Virus record (IMG/VR): IMGVR_UViG_3300040801_000976
Location: 32,001-96,000 of that record
Reading direction: 5' to 3' (one strand)
DNA from: a virus
Length of the DNA stretch: 64,000 nt
The first letter of the stretch is position 1; every line of letters begins with the position of its first letter. Below are positions 48,001 through 57,600 of this stretch, one piece after another. Both the position numbers and the translations under genes were made by a program. A model generated the notes under the pieces. It worked only from the letters and a program-made list of their open reading frames with translations. It was not told the origin of the DNA and made no database searches.

Positions 48001-48579
48001 AATGACCCAGAACTAATAGATCGTCGTCGGATAATGGACGAAGAAGTATTGTTCTCAGATGTCTTACAGGCAAATGTTGAAGATAGAGTAAATTTATTAA
48101 GACAGTATTTTTCAAATGTCATAAATAATTACTATAATATAACTAGTCAAGCCAACGCAATTTCCATGATAAGAGAGGTATTAGAAACAGTACCAGATAG
48201 TTATGTGGGAAAAGCCGAATTAACCAAAGATATTACTGATTATTACAAAAATACTATTGTAGAGTCTCTAAGACCTACTTTTGCGGAGAGAGCTAGTTCT
48301 TTGTTTGCAAACAACCAGGATTTTGTGGATAATGTGGATAAAGATATACAAAATTTAGTTATTAAAGAGGTAGTTCCTTTGATAGAATCTATGCAAAATG
48401 TAGATCAGTACCTGGAGTTTTTACAGCAAGGTACTCCATCAGATCCTACTAAACTAAATATGAATCACATAACTGCACAAAGTGAATTTTCAGATTTATT
48501 AAACGAAAGTTTGAGGATTCCAAACGAAGCAAAAGACAAGATACTGGAGGCTATAGATATAATGGTAGCATGTAAATAA
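39037..48579 (+). CDS. Giant virion/ejected protein with N-terminal membrane-like helices and an SF1 helicase-like domain
   Basis: GAQGTGKT 43258; YDE 43561; GDTAQ 43729; KGSEADY 44236; GRA 44374. Small-residue hydrophobic helices at about 40.0-40.8 kb. Confidence 0.75.
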   Translation: MSDNIDKNINEDLTQQENNIEVVEQEVKDDVKQVDETKELSFFDKVIQAKTKPTETSYLPGKEDFKKELEERAGRELEDEEVDEAYKHISDYYNELAREELENAQVFSSFDYMFEGAEDDVNFVDEGDYQPTLDVTVETNSGAKRILDTWTDPTRSVRKGSILSKKWIDHNGEVRELNTDLFDGMVGNKEFANDEGKNIIGYTYLPSDPYARGTGLVKAFYEGEEPDGEVVSRWDANGRFLNGNDLDFSTWKVPIASTFNFAVNLVDTALALSENVSVIATHGGVTDTEFYKDLRDVRNKLQSFNVSKSDWDQQKMFTVNNMVDLGINVGLQLLTARGLATAFGKILGASAKSVKKLSAMQQTLQQTTDPVKKKALRSSIDKLTATIQKAGKGSQRSTLFMLGAMAAKDASQEAKHAGFTDLESAYIYAASLGGMMWVNQLSNLGFERVGLNRASKITNNISKRIFNENTAAKVVKNPKSLKGLVSKYSDDLIKKYKEATSKTGYASHMLSEATEEEAELLMQEVVNHTANLYSALGYREEDRPKFKTVFDEGYWGEFMTESVMSVLGGAMGGAMARGLFIPKSELNKIKESELPVTGKEADAFKRVAYMSTRTQEGAQWEDMMMTKMKDKREKGLFGREDISTLWDKELGRYKRMTELTEEESEKYFSQAETAYRASMAQYQYYKLVFANESGKFEDIVKNNPNFAHLTESQQLQDATMDKIQRKSEILNSADLGTMEIDTLITKLSDTKNKLKKDEDGKVDDAKYQEELTEVSGATKLSVKDVEELVEINQFQKDVSSGAILENAFIDLQLTSENYRDVFSPETFRMLIESDSEAQDSYQESKLLLKELQDKMSESFDKVSEEGGLTDEQKSILLSGKAVLNPDTKERLLEVVRNTGVPLVERKKAAAMHVLNSMKTNGLLQNEEKYYGQQLNFLANLEKTVNTDPSALPQTIEGMLDKIPPDYEVYPFTQNEEVEAVKLAYANKTLKKIATAKSESELSDILYDEKDVTAANYAADYATPDFPFAGTSLEGEPLMFNESPNAAPIYDAVGFSEDAKEKAQLLDAINNTQSVENADENRPDALFDFDDSNPNKIKYLTSSLEEKYLSLTGGEENPRTFANLSGAKKLADKLRMRIKQLHFLVENVPALLTIQQINEEQFGELRDDLTYFTKHLNKIVDTKAIRENDAYKSQYLLNLVQQQVSLIKLLEKTERLTKLAENSSVDLQKAYFGDAVSYASDSIESVSAVFLRDGGQAVIQSNPALEGIEDLTIGLNYEDTDQINVKKLFDSLYEIRRKLQKARVDNPKFVDELVTHLSDKKGTDKSLINTILLTLSPSDYIFSRMRSVYDEAIKAADSVEKLEALQLPTISQLRLAEEAVTASTTSFLYYANILRGSKTKMLPIAVFSGAQGTGKTQVVGKDAAKYAQEVLYKLEQDKASNKLPKILFASNSESQAKNLRVSAEKGDVVSGSLEGKKDVTQEDLWNLFVGSDLSVKDIADKLTDIGAIFYDEIADVEFDASTAGVKKGFDNPKEAFVLNAILAKLSQVNDYRKSLKQEALVLIGLGDTAQGGYMEGSPSPRNPDGKEQLTGRVFSVTDPTTSVYKGSVELKHPFRYRVGELIKAPKEILEKLDPRMRLDSKEMQPVTFNYNFEEGTFTGVKKSNTWNDIINDEDLAQSIRTKLGAPNSGGNFTILVVTGKHSYDGVVDSNSALGKLLKEYEGDERILLRGFYNVKGSEADYVLVNMPKDHFIHSKEEVESPDFASPEQLTNRLRIMASVIGRAHTFTNIAVTGDYPIHSNKSTTTIIPVNETNEFKRAWSEMLSGAILSNYDVIPESVIPNIEVGKESDKSGFDTSVTDEEGIAGVSDPYTSSATESTEYANSVARELGIEELTEDNVIAARELAKELEDSSTGTDKDNAGSLKVLLNNIFSVIKNENEGEVISFDDSDPIGNNSSFQNMSDKKIMQEIEKQEGKILFFGQLGQEVTQQKSLESKRNYSSHLYDNVPSAENFKPEFYSALGLGPSGTSGMRDYKYHVVSYEFATQNRVQAFNHVIVAENKNGEKFIIGTLGKRANYDPNGDIAKWMDAREEKLKLITEAYANDEEVNVDEVLTPSERVSFSEMRNDFMLPDSGRRGSKFNKQNRFFIYNEVPNGANIIDGVTVGNTDSGNSVILNLAKQIDEVRAELPNIDKLSAGEFVKSKLDDADTVNRIDSFKEKGKFIPVKDIVSTDTKQRINPFEIINGNMFYSIGGYDILGIKLRRGTVYFAKSTKAWVPVLGLNTTDNTLILDNESLKPGANYDAEFTKISNSLRNLRVDKNFQKKFSDSTFSERVASLMGYKTTIFSEISNKNNLKKELRRISTENTTNTFFGNSRLTLKTAIKLWNKTGAPYSISKPYVIMRGENAGKSMIFYSFDRSKNLLDMSEDAIMSEYNAMLDNMKNNPTAMTSNRNNLGYILLDSKPTTIQELNELYLGVSNKGITDKFNKVVIRGNAESRLISLLAHLHIAINRPTSTSKVYQLLEDVDDNINKDAVYSWVKSKGDSQLKDISTVLRSIFQDENLGKIAMTNTDEALNNFIEDIKKYKDNRQMLDSIYDSYYSVNATQELLDRYGINKNNMTDLLITGGEGSVGKIVLNKHGVPAVYGTESTVIKYIPSSLVNSLSQGEKSSITPSLDLLKMFTLIHSTSLTEDSKNNIFEQLDEIMPNIDGLGKGLMVSPLAVDNKNPISRAITSTKQPLSEMLTTNVKQIKEPSIVFDVHTELDSISTPRKQFRVAEEKSSENKNLSETTYEDRIKSSDLRELSRIQKEVNKDNSLSSDEKLNISLKIKERVKSLRGEGSSVFDFRKMSLVEFVGDTVTPEVKVVLEQFDKLRPVIKNKEELDNIWVQGLITTLNNQLNSQISKYISNIQQSSGEMVQLSDIQVVEAAKTIVENNESIPKLDIEGFDVSSLELKWDTNQDNMGNRLAMLLSWSVAEGDEKAKLRDMLLTNPNDPELIDRRRIMDEEVLFSDVLQANVEDRVNLLRQYFSNVINNYYNITSQANAISMIREVLETVPDSYVGKAELTKDITDYYKNTIVESLRPTFAERASSLFANNQDFVDNVDKDIQNLVIKEVVPLIESMQNVDQYLEFLQQGTPSDPTKLNMNHITAQSEFSDLLNESLRIPNEAKDKILEAIDIMVACK

Positions 48580-48614
48580 TCTAGGATTAACATATTAAAA
48601 AAAATAAGAGAAAG

Positions 48615-51600
48615 ATGAAAAGAAAGATCAGTTGTGTTCCAACACTTTCGTCTATTTCTCAAAGAATGGTTAATAGCATTAAAAAAGGAAAAGGTATGGC
48701 TCCTAGTGAGTTATACCTTTTTGTTGTTAAAGATGTTATGCCAACTATTCTAGGAGAACAAGATGTCCGTAAAGAATTAGATAATATTGCCAAAGGTGAG
48801 TTTAACAGTAACTTGGGTGAGTTGCTCATGGGAATTGGTATGTCTATAAACCAGATAGCCAAACTTAGTAATGATAAGTCGCAGACTGTAAGTACTACGG
48901 ATATGATTTCTATCTGGAGAGATACATCAACCAAACTATTAGCCAACTTAGAACCAACTCCGGGTAGTGGTGTATCTAATATCAGTTTAGACGAAAACAC
49001 TACTCAAGAATTAACAAGCGACGATGAAGTAGAGGCACCCTCTAAAGTAGATACTGAAGATATTCCTGGGGAAATTTCTATAAGGAAACCTTTAGGGTCT
49101 AAAAATATAAACGAAGTGTTAGACCACTACCTGGTAGGAGATCTACGTAAAATACCTGATAGTTTACAATCATTCTTCCAAAGTATGATAAGTAAAGTTT
49201 GGTTAAGTGGAGATAATCAGACTAATTTCACTAGCGAGGCTATAAAAGCAAAATTGAGAGATAGTCTAAATGCTGTTGTACGGAATTATTATTCCGGCAA
49301 TGCGGTAGAAATGATCACATCTTCTATTGTTAGTCGTAAAAATTTTATCTCTACAGACAACCTAAATACCTTGATATTTAACGCAGAGTCAGCAATACCT
49401 TCCGATAGTAAACTTGTACATGAAGATGTAGATTTTGGTATTAAATATTATACTAACTCTAGTATATTAGGTACCGATAATATGCCTATGTTACTTGTAG
49501 TAGGTGAGGATCCTACTATGATGTTGGAACAATTCCTGACAAACGAAGAATTATTTGGTGAAAGAGCTGGTAATAATACTGTTATACCAGAATCGCTACA
49601 AGATGGTATAGATAGAAAATATAGTTCGATAGATAGAGAAACAGTTCAAGATAATTACTACATACCAGAGGTTAGAAATACTTATTTCGCACAGATTATT
49701 AACAACGAGTTAGATACTTTTATTAGGTCTTACGCACCAATGTTAGATAGTACCTATAAAGAAATATTTAGAACTTCGTTTGGTGATATACAATCTTTTG
49801 GTAGTAGTATGGCAAACAAACTTACAAAAATCAACATTTCTACCACACCTTTATTATATAAAGGTAGAGAAGCTAAGGATGTTAAATCTTCCCTAGGGTC
49901 ATTAAAGTCAGAATTATCTAAGTCCTCTAATTATTACGGAACACTAGCTAACTCTTCTTTACTATCAGAACTGGATACTAACGGTAATAAAATGATTTCA
50001 GTTAGGTTAGATAATAAAGAATACAGCGGTGTTATGTTGGATCTAGGACCTAAAAATCTTATCGTAGTCAATGACGGAAACTCCTGGTTAGTACCTATAT
50101 CTAATGTTGATGGAGATGTAAGTATGGTACAAGCTCAGGAATTATTTAGGGATAGTAGTAACATTGATATGTTCTATGAAGCAGCTGTCATATCCGCTGT
50201 AGATTTTTTAAATAGAAATGCCACGGATATTGAAGGATTACGAAATAATACTACAGAAGCTAAATTCGATAAAAGTACATTTTTCAATATTATCAAAAAT
50301 ACCAACACACCTCTAACAGAAGATGTGGATAATATTAATCTATTTTCAAATGAGGGAGGGAGAAAGTTTTTACAAGAGTCTGACTTAGAAATAGCTTCTG
50401 AAGTATTTCAATTTTTACCTGGTAATATAGCTGACGCGTCTAGGTACCTGGCTAGAATAGCATCTGATACAAGCTCGGTGTACAAAGATATAGCTAGGTC
50501 ATTATACTATAGATTTTTTAAAAAAGGTAAATACTTAGTAACTTCTATAAACCCAGAAACCGGTAGACTGGAGACCACAGAACAAATGTCTATGTATGAA
50601 AGATATCATAGATTTAATGATACAGTGGCGCGAAATTCATTAATCTCGCTAATGGTTCAGTTAAGATCCTCGTCGTTAGATAATAAAGCAATGGTTCAAG
50701 ATAACGAATTCATCGTTACAAATGTACAAAAAGGAACCACATTACAATCACTTATCTCCGAAATAGAAAATTCAAATACAGAATATTTTGCAGGTAAACG
50801 TGTAACACCAGACAAGGTATATGAAAACTTTACTGTAAAGGAATTAAGAGGTAATGAGTATGCTATAGAGTTTTATAGATTTAGTAGTAAATCTTCTCCA
50901 GATATTAAATTTTATATCAAAGACTTGGGTACCAATAACGACGGTAGAGCTAAAGGAAATAAATTTGAGGTTGTTGAAAAAGATGACTCAAGTTCACTGA
51001 ACCTTGAAAATATCGGTATATTATCGGGGTTTATGGGTTTACCAGCATTTTTATCTAACAAAAACTTCTACAACCAACTATATGATGACTCCGTTACCGG
51101 AAATGATGTAAGTAATTTCTTCGCTAATGTAATAGCACTAAAATTAGCAAACGGGAATAAATTGTTAGGTAATAAAAATTATACAAGTTCTGGTGCTTCA
51201 AAACTAGCCCTAGTAAGATCAGAAGGTGACATCAAACATACTTTCGCCAACAACATGTATGGTTATACTAATTTATTAGATACTACCATAGAGAAAGTCC
51301 TAGGTAACTCCAAAAGAGCCTATATAATGAGTCCTGAGGGTCATAAATTGTCCGTATCCATAATTACTAACAAAGCTAAGTCGAAGCAGGAGTTGGTGGA
51401 CCAGGTAAAGGATAATAAACTGTCTGAGTCAAATTTATATCGACATAGCGAGTTTGCTACTGGTGATATGAGGTTAACCAATAACGGTGTTACTAAAAAC
51501 GGTATTCGTGTAGGTGTTGACGGAAAAGGTAACGCAAAGCTGGATAGTTTAGAACACGTTATCTACTTGATGGAAAACGCATACTTGGCTCATGCAGAAA

Positions 51601-54600
51601 AACGTAATTTTTTAGAGTATCTATCCCAAGCGGGTACAATGTCAGATAGAACAACTGTGAATTTAGATGGTGTATCGTTTGAAAGTATGCAAGCATTGCC
51701 GGTAAAAGAAGGTAAGTTAGATGAGGAATTACTGAGGAAGAAATTTTTTGAAGTACAACGAAATTCACAAAAAGGAATAAATGAGTCATTGTTAAACGGA
51801 TGGAATGGATTTATTCGGAAAATTAAATCCGGTGAAATTGTAATGAATTCTGGTAATATAAAGCTATTACCTAACTCATTTACATCCATAAGTTCTTTAT
51901 ACAACACATTAGAAAAGGTTAAATTTGATCGTAATGAAGTACTAAAAAAATCTGGTTTAACAGACAAATCTTTTATTGACGATTCTAAAAAAATAGCTAA
52001 TATAAGATATAGTATTATAATGATGGATAATGTAATTTCTTCGCAGGGCGATGGACTACGATCTTTATTTCTAGATACTTATCTAAATACATTTAAACAG
52101 TATCTAAAAGACGTAGAGTATAAAATAAGTCCAAAAGCAGTTAGTATATTAGCTAATAGATTTCCATCAGCACTAAGTTCATCCAATGGATTTGAACACA
52201 ATAGGGTTATTGCGCAAGAAATACTTACAAGATCTTTCTTTTATCAAGATACTATAGCAGAACAAAATCTTATTAGTATACTCAGTGGTAATGTATTTCA
52301 ATATAAATCAAAAATACCTAGTGTATTTGAAAAACTTAACGCTAAGAATTTTAAAAGCGATATAGATAAATTACGATGGTTAGGGGAGCAAAAAGGTTAT
52401 GAAAATAAATCTATAGTCGAATCGACGTTCGCTGAATTAGAGAAGTTAGGTTCAGAAGGTAATAGATTAGGCTTCATAAAATCAATATTAGACTCTAATT
52501 TATCTGATAAGCAAAAGCTTTCTTTATTATATTTCGACGATCTATATACACAAATAACTCCAATGTACGTCGACCGTGTTAAACGTAACCAAGGTTCTGG
52601 TACTAGCTTTCAAAACTACGTTTTTGCTGCAGATAATTCTTCGGGATTTTTAATAGATAAAACTAGTAAAGAAATATTGGTAAAAGATCCAGAAACAGTA
52701 GTAAAATTATTGGGTAGTGGTTCGTTGTCGCAGGATATTTATGATGCTGTTCAAATGGCACACCCACTATTTTTTTACAAACATAACATGTCTTTAGGAG
52801 ATAAATTCTCTAACTTTAGATCTAGGAGCATTATTAAAGATGTCAATGCTTCTAATTTTGAAGATACATCGGAGTACTTGTTACAGAAAAAAGCTACTTT
52901 TCCTATGTTTAATTGGGAATTTATTTTTAGAGGTACACCTGAACATAATAACTTATTCTCATTAATGAATTCTCGTATTAAACTGGATATAGACGGATTG
53001 TTTTTGGATGAAAACCCATTATTGCCATTTCCAAACTTTGGTACAACTATTTCAGAAGAAGTACTACTTAATCACGGTGAGTATTTAGGAGAATTACTTG
53101 TAGATGGAAATAAAACTACAGCATCAGAACTATTATACTTACACAACAATAATGAAATAGATTTAAGTACTTTAGATATAAAGTCGAATAAGGTATATAA
53201 GACAGGCTTTTATACATTACAAGATATTTATAACTACTATGGTGGTGCGCAAGGTGATTTGGATGCTTATAACTCAGCTGATAATAAAACTGCTTTTATA
53301 GAAGAATTTCCTTTTGGTTGGACGTGGTTTAAAATAGGTGAAATAATTACTAATTACCGAGGTGTAGAAAATAATTATCCTATAAGAAATAGTTACATTT
53401 CTAAATTAGGATTTACATCTCAATCTAAAACTGGTAGTAGAAATATAAATGAGGAAACTATTCTATCGGATAAATTGTCTAAATATGATGAAGTAGAATA
53501 CGCGGAAATACCAAATAGATTTTCTGGTCCTGTTCTTGACGCAGAGCATGAGCCGGACACGACCGCTGAACTTAGTATGTCAGAAGAAGCACAAAACAAT
53601 ATGGTTTCAATGATAACTCAGGTTATGTCAGCTTCTATTGCACAAGGAGAATCGTTTAATGAGGTGGAGGCTATGTTTGGTGCACTAGGTACATTAAGTG
53701 ATCTTCAGTTAAATATAATAAATGAAAAACTATCTGATTATGAAGCATCATCATCTTCGCTAAATAAACTTTCTGACTCAGTGAGACGCTATGCTTTGGA
53801 GTTAGCTCAAGAAACCATGACTACTAGAAAAGATCCTGGTTCAACGTCTGCTTTCTTAGGATTAGGCACCGAAAGATTAGATAAGATTTCATTTGATTTA
53901 AAACAAATTTTACCACTAGTGCGACAATCTTTAAATGCACATTTAAATAGTCAGACTGTTAGGTTTAAAATGAAGGGTGGTCAATACATTGTCTCTCCTT
54001 CCCACGATCAGATTAAAACTTATAGCTTTGGTAAGTCCACAAATCTGTTCAGAAGTTCTATGAACTCTGGTAATAACGATGTAAACTCTATGATAGTTGA
54101 TGCAGTTAAAACAGATACATTACCAAACGGATGGGAATTAAACACAGTAACAAGTTTAGATCAGTTCGATAGATACCATACTAATACAGACACAGTGTTT
54201 ATTCGAGAAGATAAAGAATCTGTTTCCGACCTAGTACCTGTAAAAGTATCGGAACTATTAAAAGACAAATCAAATTTAATATCTCTAATAGAAAATGGTT
54301 TAATATCATCTGCCTGGGTAAACCCAGACCCGGGTAATACAGTTTCTGCTAAAGCACGTTCTATTGAAGGTAATACACTTTCGTGGTTAAATTATTTTAA
54401 AGATGGTAAAAATATATATAACACTGATGAGTATTATAGTTATTACTTAGCAGGTAAAGCACCTTTATATTTATCTAATCTAAAAGAAAACACTAAAAAT
54501 AATGCGGAATATTTATCTAAAGCTAGAAAGTTCTTTAGTGACGAAACAGAGGGTTCCGGTGTTCCGAAATTATTGTGGGCAAGGTATTATTATAATTCTT

Positions 54601-57600
54601 TAAATAAAAATAATACATTATCCTTATCTCCATTATTACCCGAAAGTAGTATAAATAAAGCTTATGAATCTTTTGATATAAATAACGAGGAACAGTTTTT
54701 AAAATTTTTAAATTATATAAAAAGACAAAAATCTGACCCAAGATTTTTTACAAACCAGTTTAAATCACAACTTCAATCACAACTTGAAAACGGAAACTGG
54801 CGTGCTAAAGAAGCAGAATTCTATATGCCTCCTATGCATCAGTCCGCTTTTTTAATAGATTACGGGGATTCAATACAAGATATAATTGGTACTCAAGAAC
54901 AACCAGATGTAGAAAGGGTCCGTGATAATTTATCTGAAGAAGAAATTAACATAATTACTAATAGATTTAATTCCTCTGAAGCACAATCCATAAAAGATAA
55001 ATTGAAAAATACTACTTTTTTACGGTTAAAGGAGGAACAGAACCAGCATATGTTAGATTATTTCTTAGCTAAAATTAATAACTTAGAGAAATTATCGCGT
55101 AAAAGTAGTCTTAAAGAATCGGAGAAAGAAAGTTTAATGCGTAGGTCCCCGTTATTTTTATTACAAAATTCAGTGCGTAATAAAGATACTTTAAGTAAAG
55201 CTGTAGATAAATTACTAACCAAAGAAGTGGTGCTGGCTAATAGTTCTAATACAAAAGACCTAATTACACTAAAACAAGAGTTAATAAACAATAGAGGTAG
55301 TGCTTCGGAAATACTAGATGATGCCTTATTATCTTTTAAGGAAAAATGGTCCGCTACTCTAGCTAATAACTTTGAAAAAAGTTTGACTTTTATAACTGCA
55401 CGAATTCCTGCACAAGGTAAACAATCTTATACTGTAGGAAAAATAAAGAATTTTATTTATTCGACCAGAAATGCGATATATGGTCCTCTAGAGATGTTAA
55501 CCGTAACTGGCGCAGACTATGATATAGACAAACAAAATAATATGGCATGGGATGTAGACGACCACGGTACCGTTATTGATTGGACACCTTATCTTGATAA
55601 AAGTGGTAAGATTAATGCTGTTAAGATTAATAATGTAATTAATAAATCTACTAGTGAATTTAGGGAACAATTAGAACAATTAGGTTTAACAGATATAGAT
55701 AATAGAGTATCTGCTTTTAAAAAGAATAAAATAAACTTTATATCGAGAGCAGTACAAAACTTTGTGGTAGATAGATTAATGAAAGGTGCTTTAGACCCAG
55801 TAAATGGTATCGAAGCAGCTACAGCAGTATCTATGCGTAAGTTAGGTGTTATAAAAGAAGTGATGGATAGTTTTAATTTTGAAAATTTAGGTATAGATAA
55901 ATATAAATTAACTACTACTGATGGTAAATATAATTTTTCTGAAAGTTTAGTTAAAGCTATTCAAAAAAGACAACATGCCTTACCGTTCTCCCCCAGCACT
56001 AAAATGATTTACGAAAGAGTAAATATGGATGGTAAAACCGGCGTCGGTATTTATGCTTCAGCACTGAAAGCTTATTTAGCAACCTATTATGCTTGGTTAA
56101 AGAACAATAGTATCACTAATTATAATTCTACTTTGACTAATAGGTACACTATGGATGATATATTAAACGCTAGCGAGAAAGAATTACAGTCAATACATGA
56201 TGCTATCGTTGACGAGGATACTGATAGAACTTGGATAACTTTTACCAATAAATTTGCTCCTAGTATAAATAGGGATGCTAAGAAAATACCAAAAGGTACA
56301 AAAACTGATTTATCTTTGGATAATAATGCTTTACATTTTATATGGAAAGATCCTGAAACTGGGTTATTTGAGATAAAATCAGATATTTATTCTTTAGCTA
56401 ATACTGGTAAACACATGCCTTCTGTAGGAAAAACATTATCTAAGATAAAAACTCAGAGAGCTAAAGAAGTTTATAAAAGAATTGGTTTTGCAGACGAACA
56501 AGAGCAGGTAGCTTTATTATCCAAATATATGGATGATTTAAATTTGTTAGATAATTACAATACAGAATCACAGGCTTGGGAAGACTTATCCGAATTATTA
56601 TCAGCGGCCACAGATAATGCTAAAGAACTTATACTAGGCAAAATTGGATCTAATGCCACAACCAGTTCGATTATATCTGTTATGGTTGTTTTAGGAATAG
56701 ATTTACAAAACGCTTTACTATTAATTAATGACACTAAAATAAAAGATATTGTTAGTTTAGTAGAACAAAAATCTAGATTGTTAGGAGTCAAAGACTCTTA
56801 TATACCAGCTTTATCTAAACTATTAGAGAATAAGATAGATAAATATAAGCCAAACGAAGAGTTGTCTGACGAAAAAATAGAACAGTTAGTGAGGAAATCT
56901 GCTACCGCAAATACACCTGAAAAAGAAATTAACGCGCGTATTGAGAAGCAAAAAGTTCTTCGTAAACACTATAATCCTTATGAACAATTTATGTTCTTTA
57001 CCAAAGCAGCAGATGAATTAACTAAACTAAGTAGAATACTATCAATAAACCAAGGCTTACCAAATAGTGAATTTGAAGTATTTAACTATATCAGAAATGT
57101 AGAAGATGCTATAGGAGCACCAATTGAAGAGTTTGTGGGAGATTCTAATATGTCAGCAGCAGATATTGATGCTAAAAGATTAGAGATAATAAAAAAATAC
57201 GACGTTACAAAAACTGTATTTAATATTCCTTATATTTTATTAAAAAATGAACATTATTTTTCGTATATCAAAAGTTTATTAAAAAGCAATAATATATTAA
57301 AAAATCTATCTTATACAGTAAGATTAGTATATAATGACTTAAATACCAACTTACCTGTAGACAAAACTTCTGTGACAAAAAGCGAGTTTACTAACTATAT
57401 AAATACATTAACTGATTTTGTTATCTCTAAATTTTACAAATCTCCATCAGTAAATAGTATTGTAAATTTAGGTAAATATGGTTCTTATGACTTATCCAAG
57501 GTTTCTTCTGGCGATACTGATATAAAAGGTAGACAAGAATTTATAAAAGAATTTCCTGATATATTAAATAATATTAAAAAATCTTCCGAAGAACTAAATA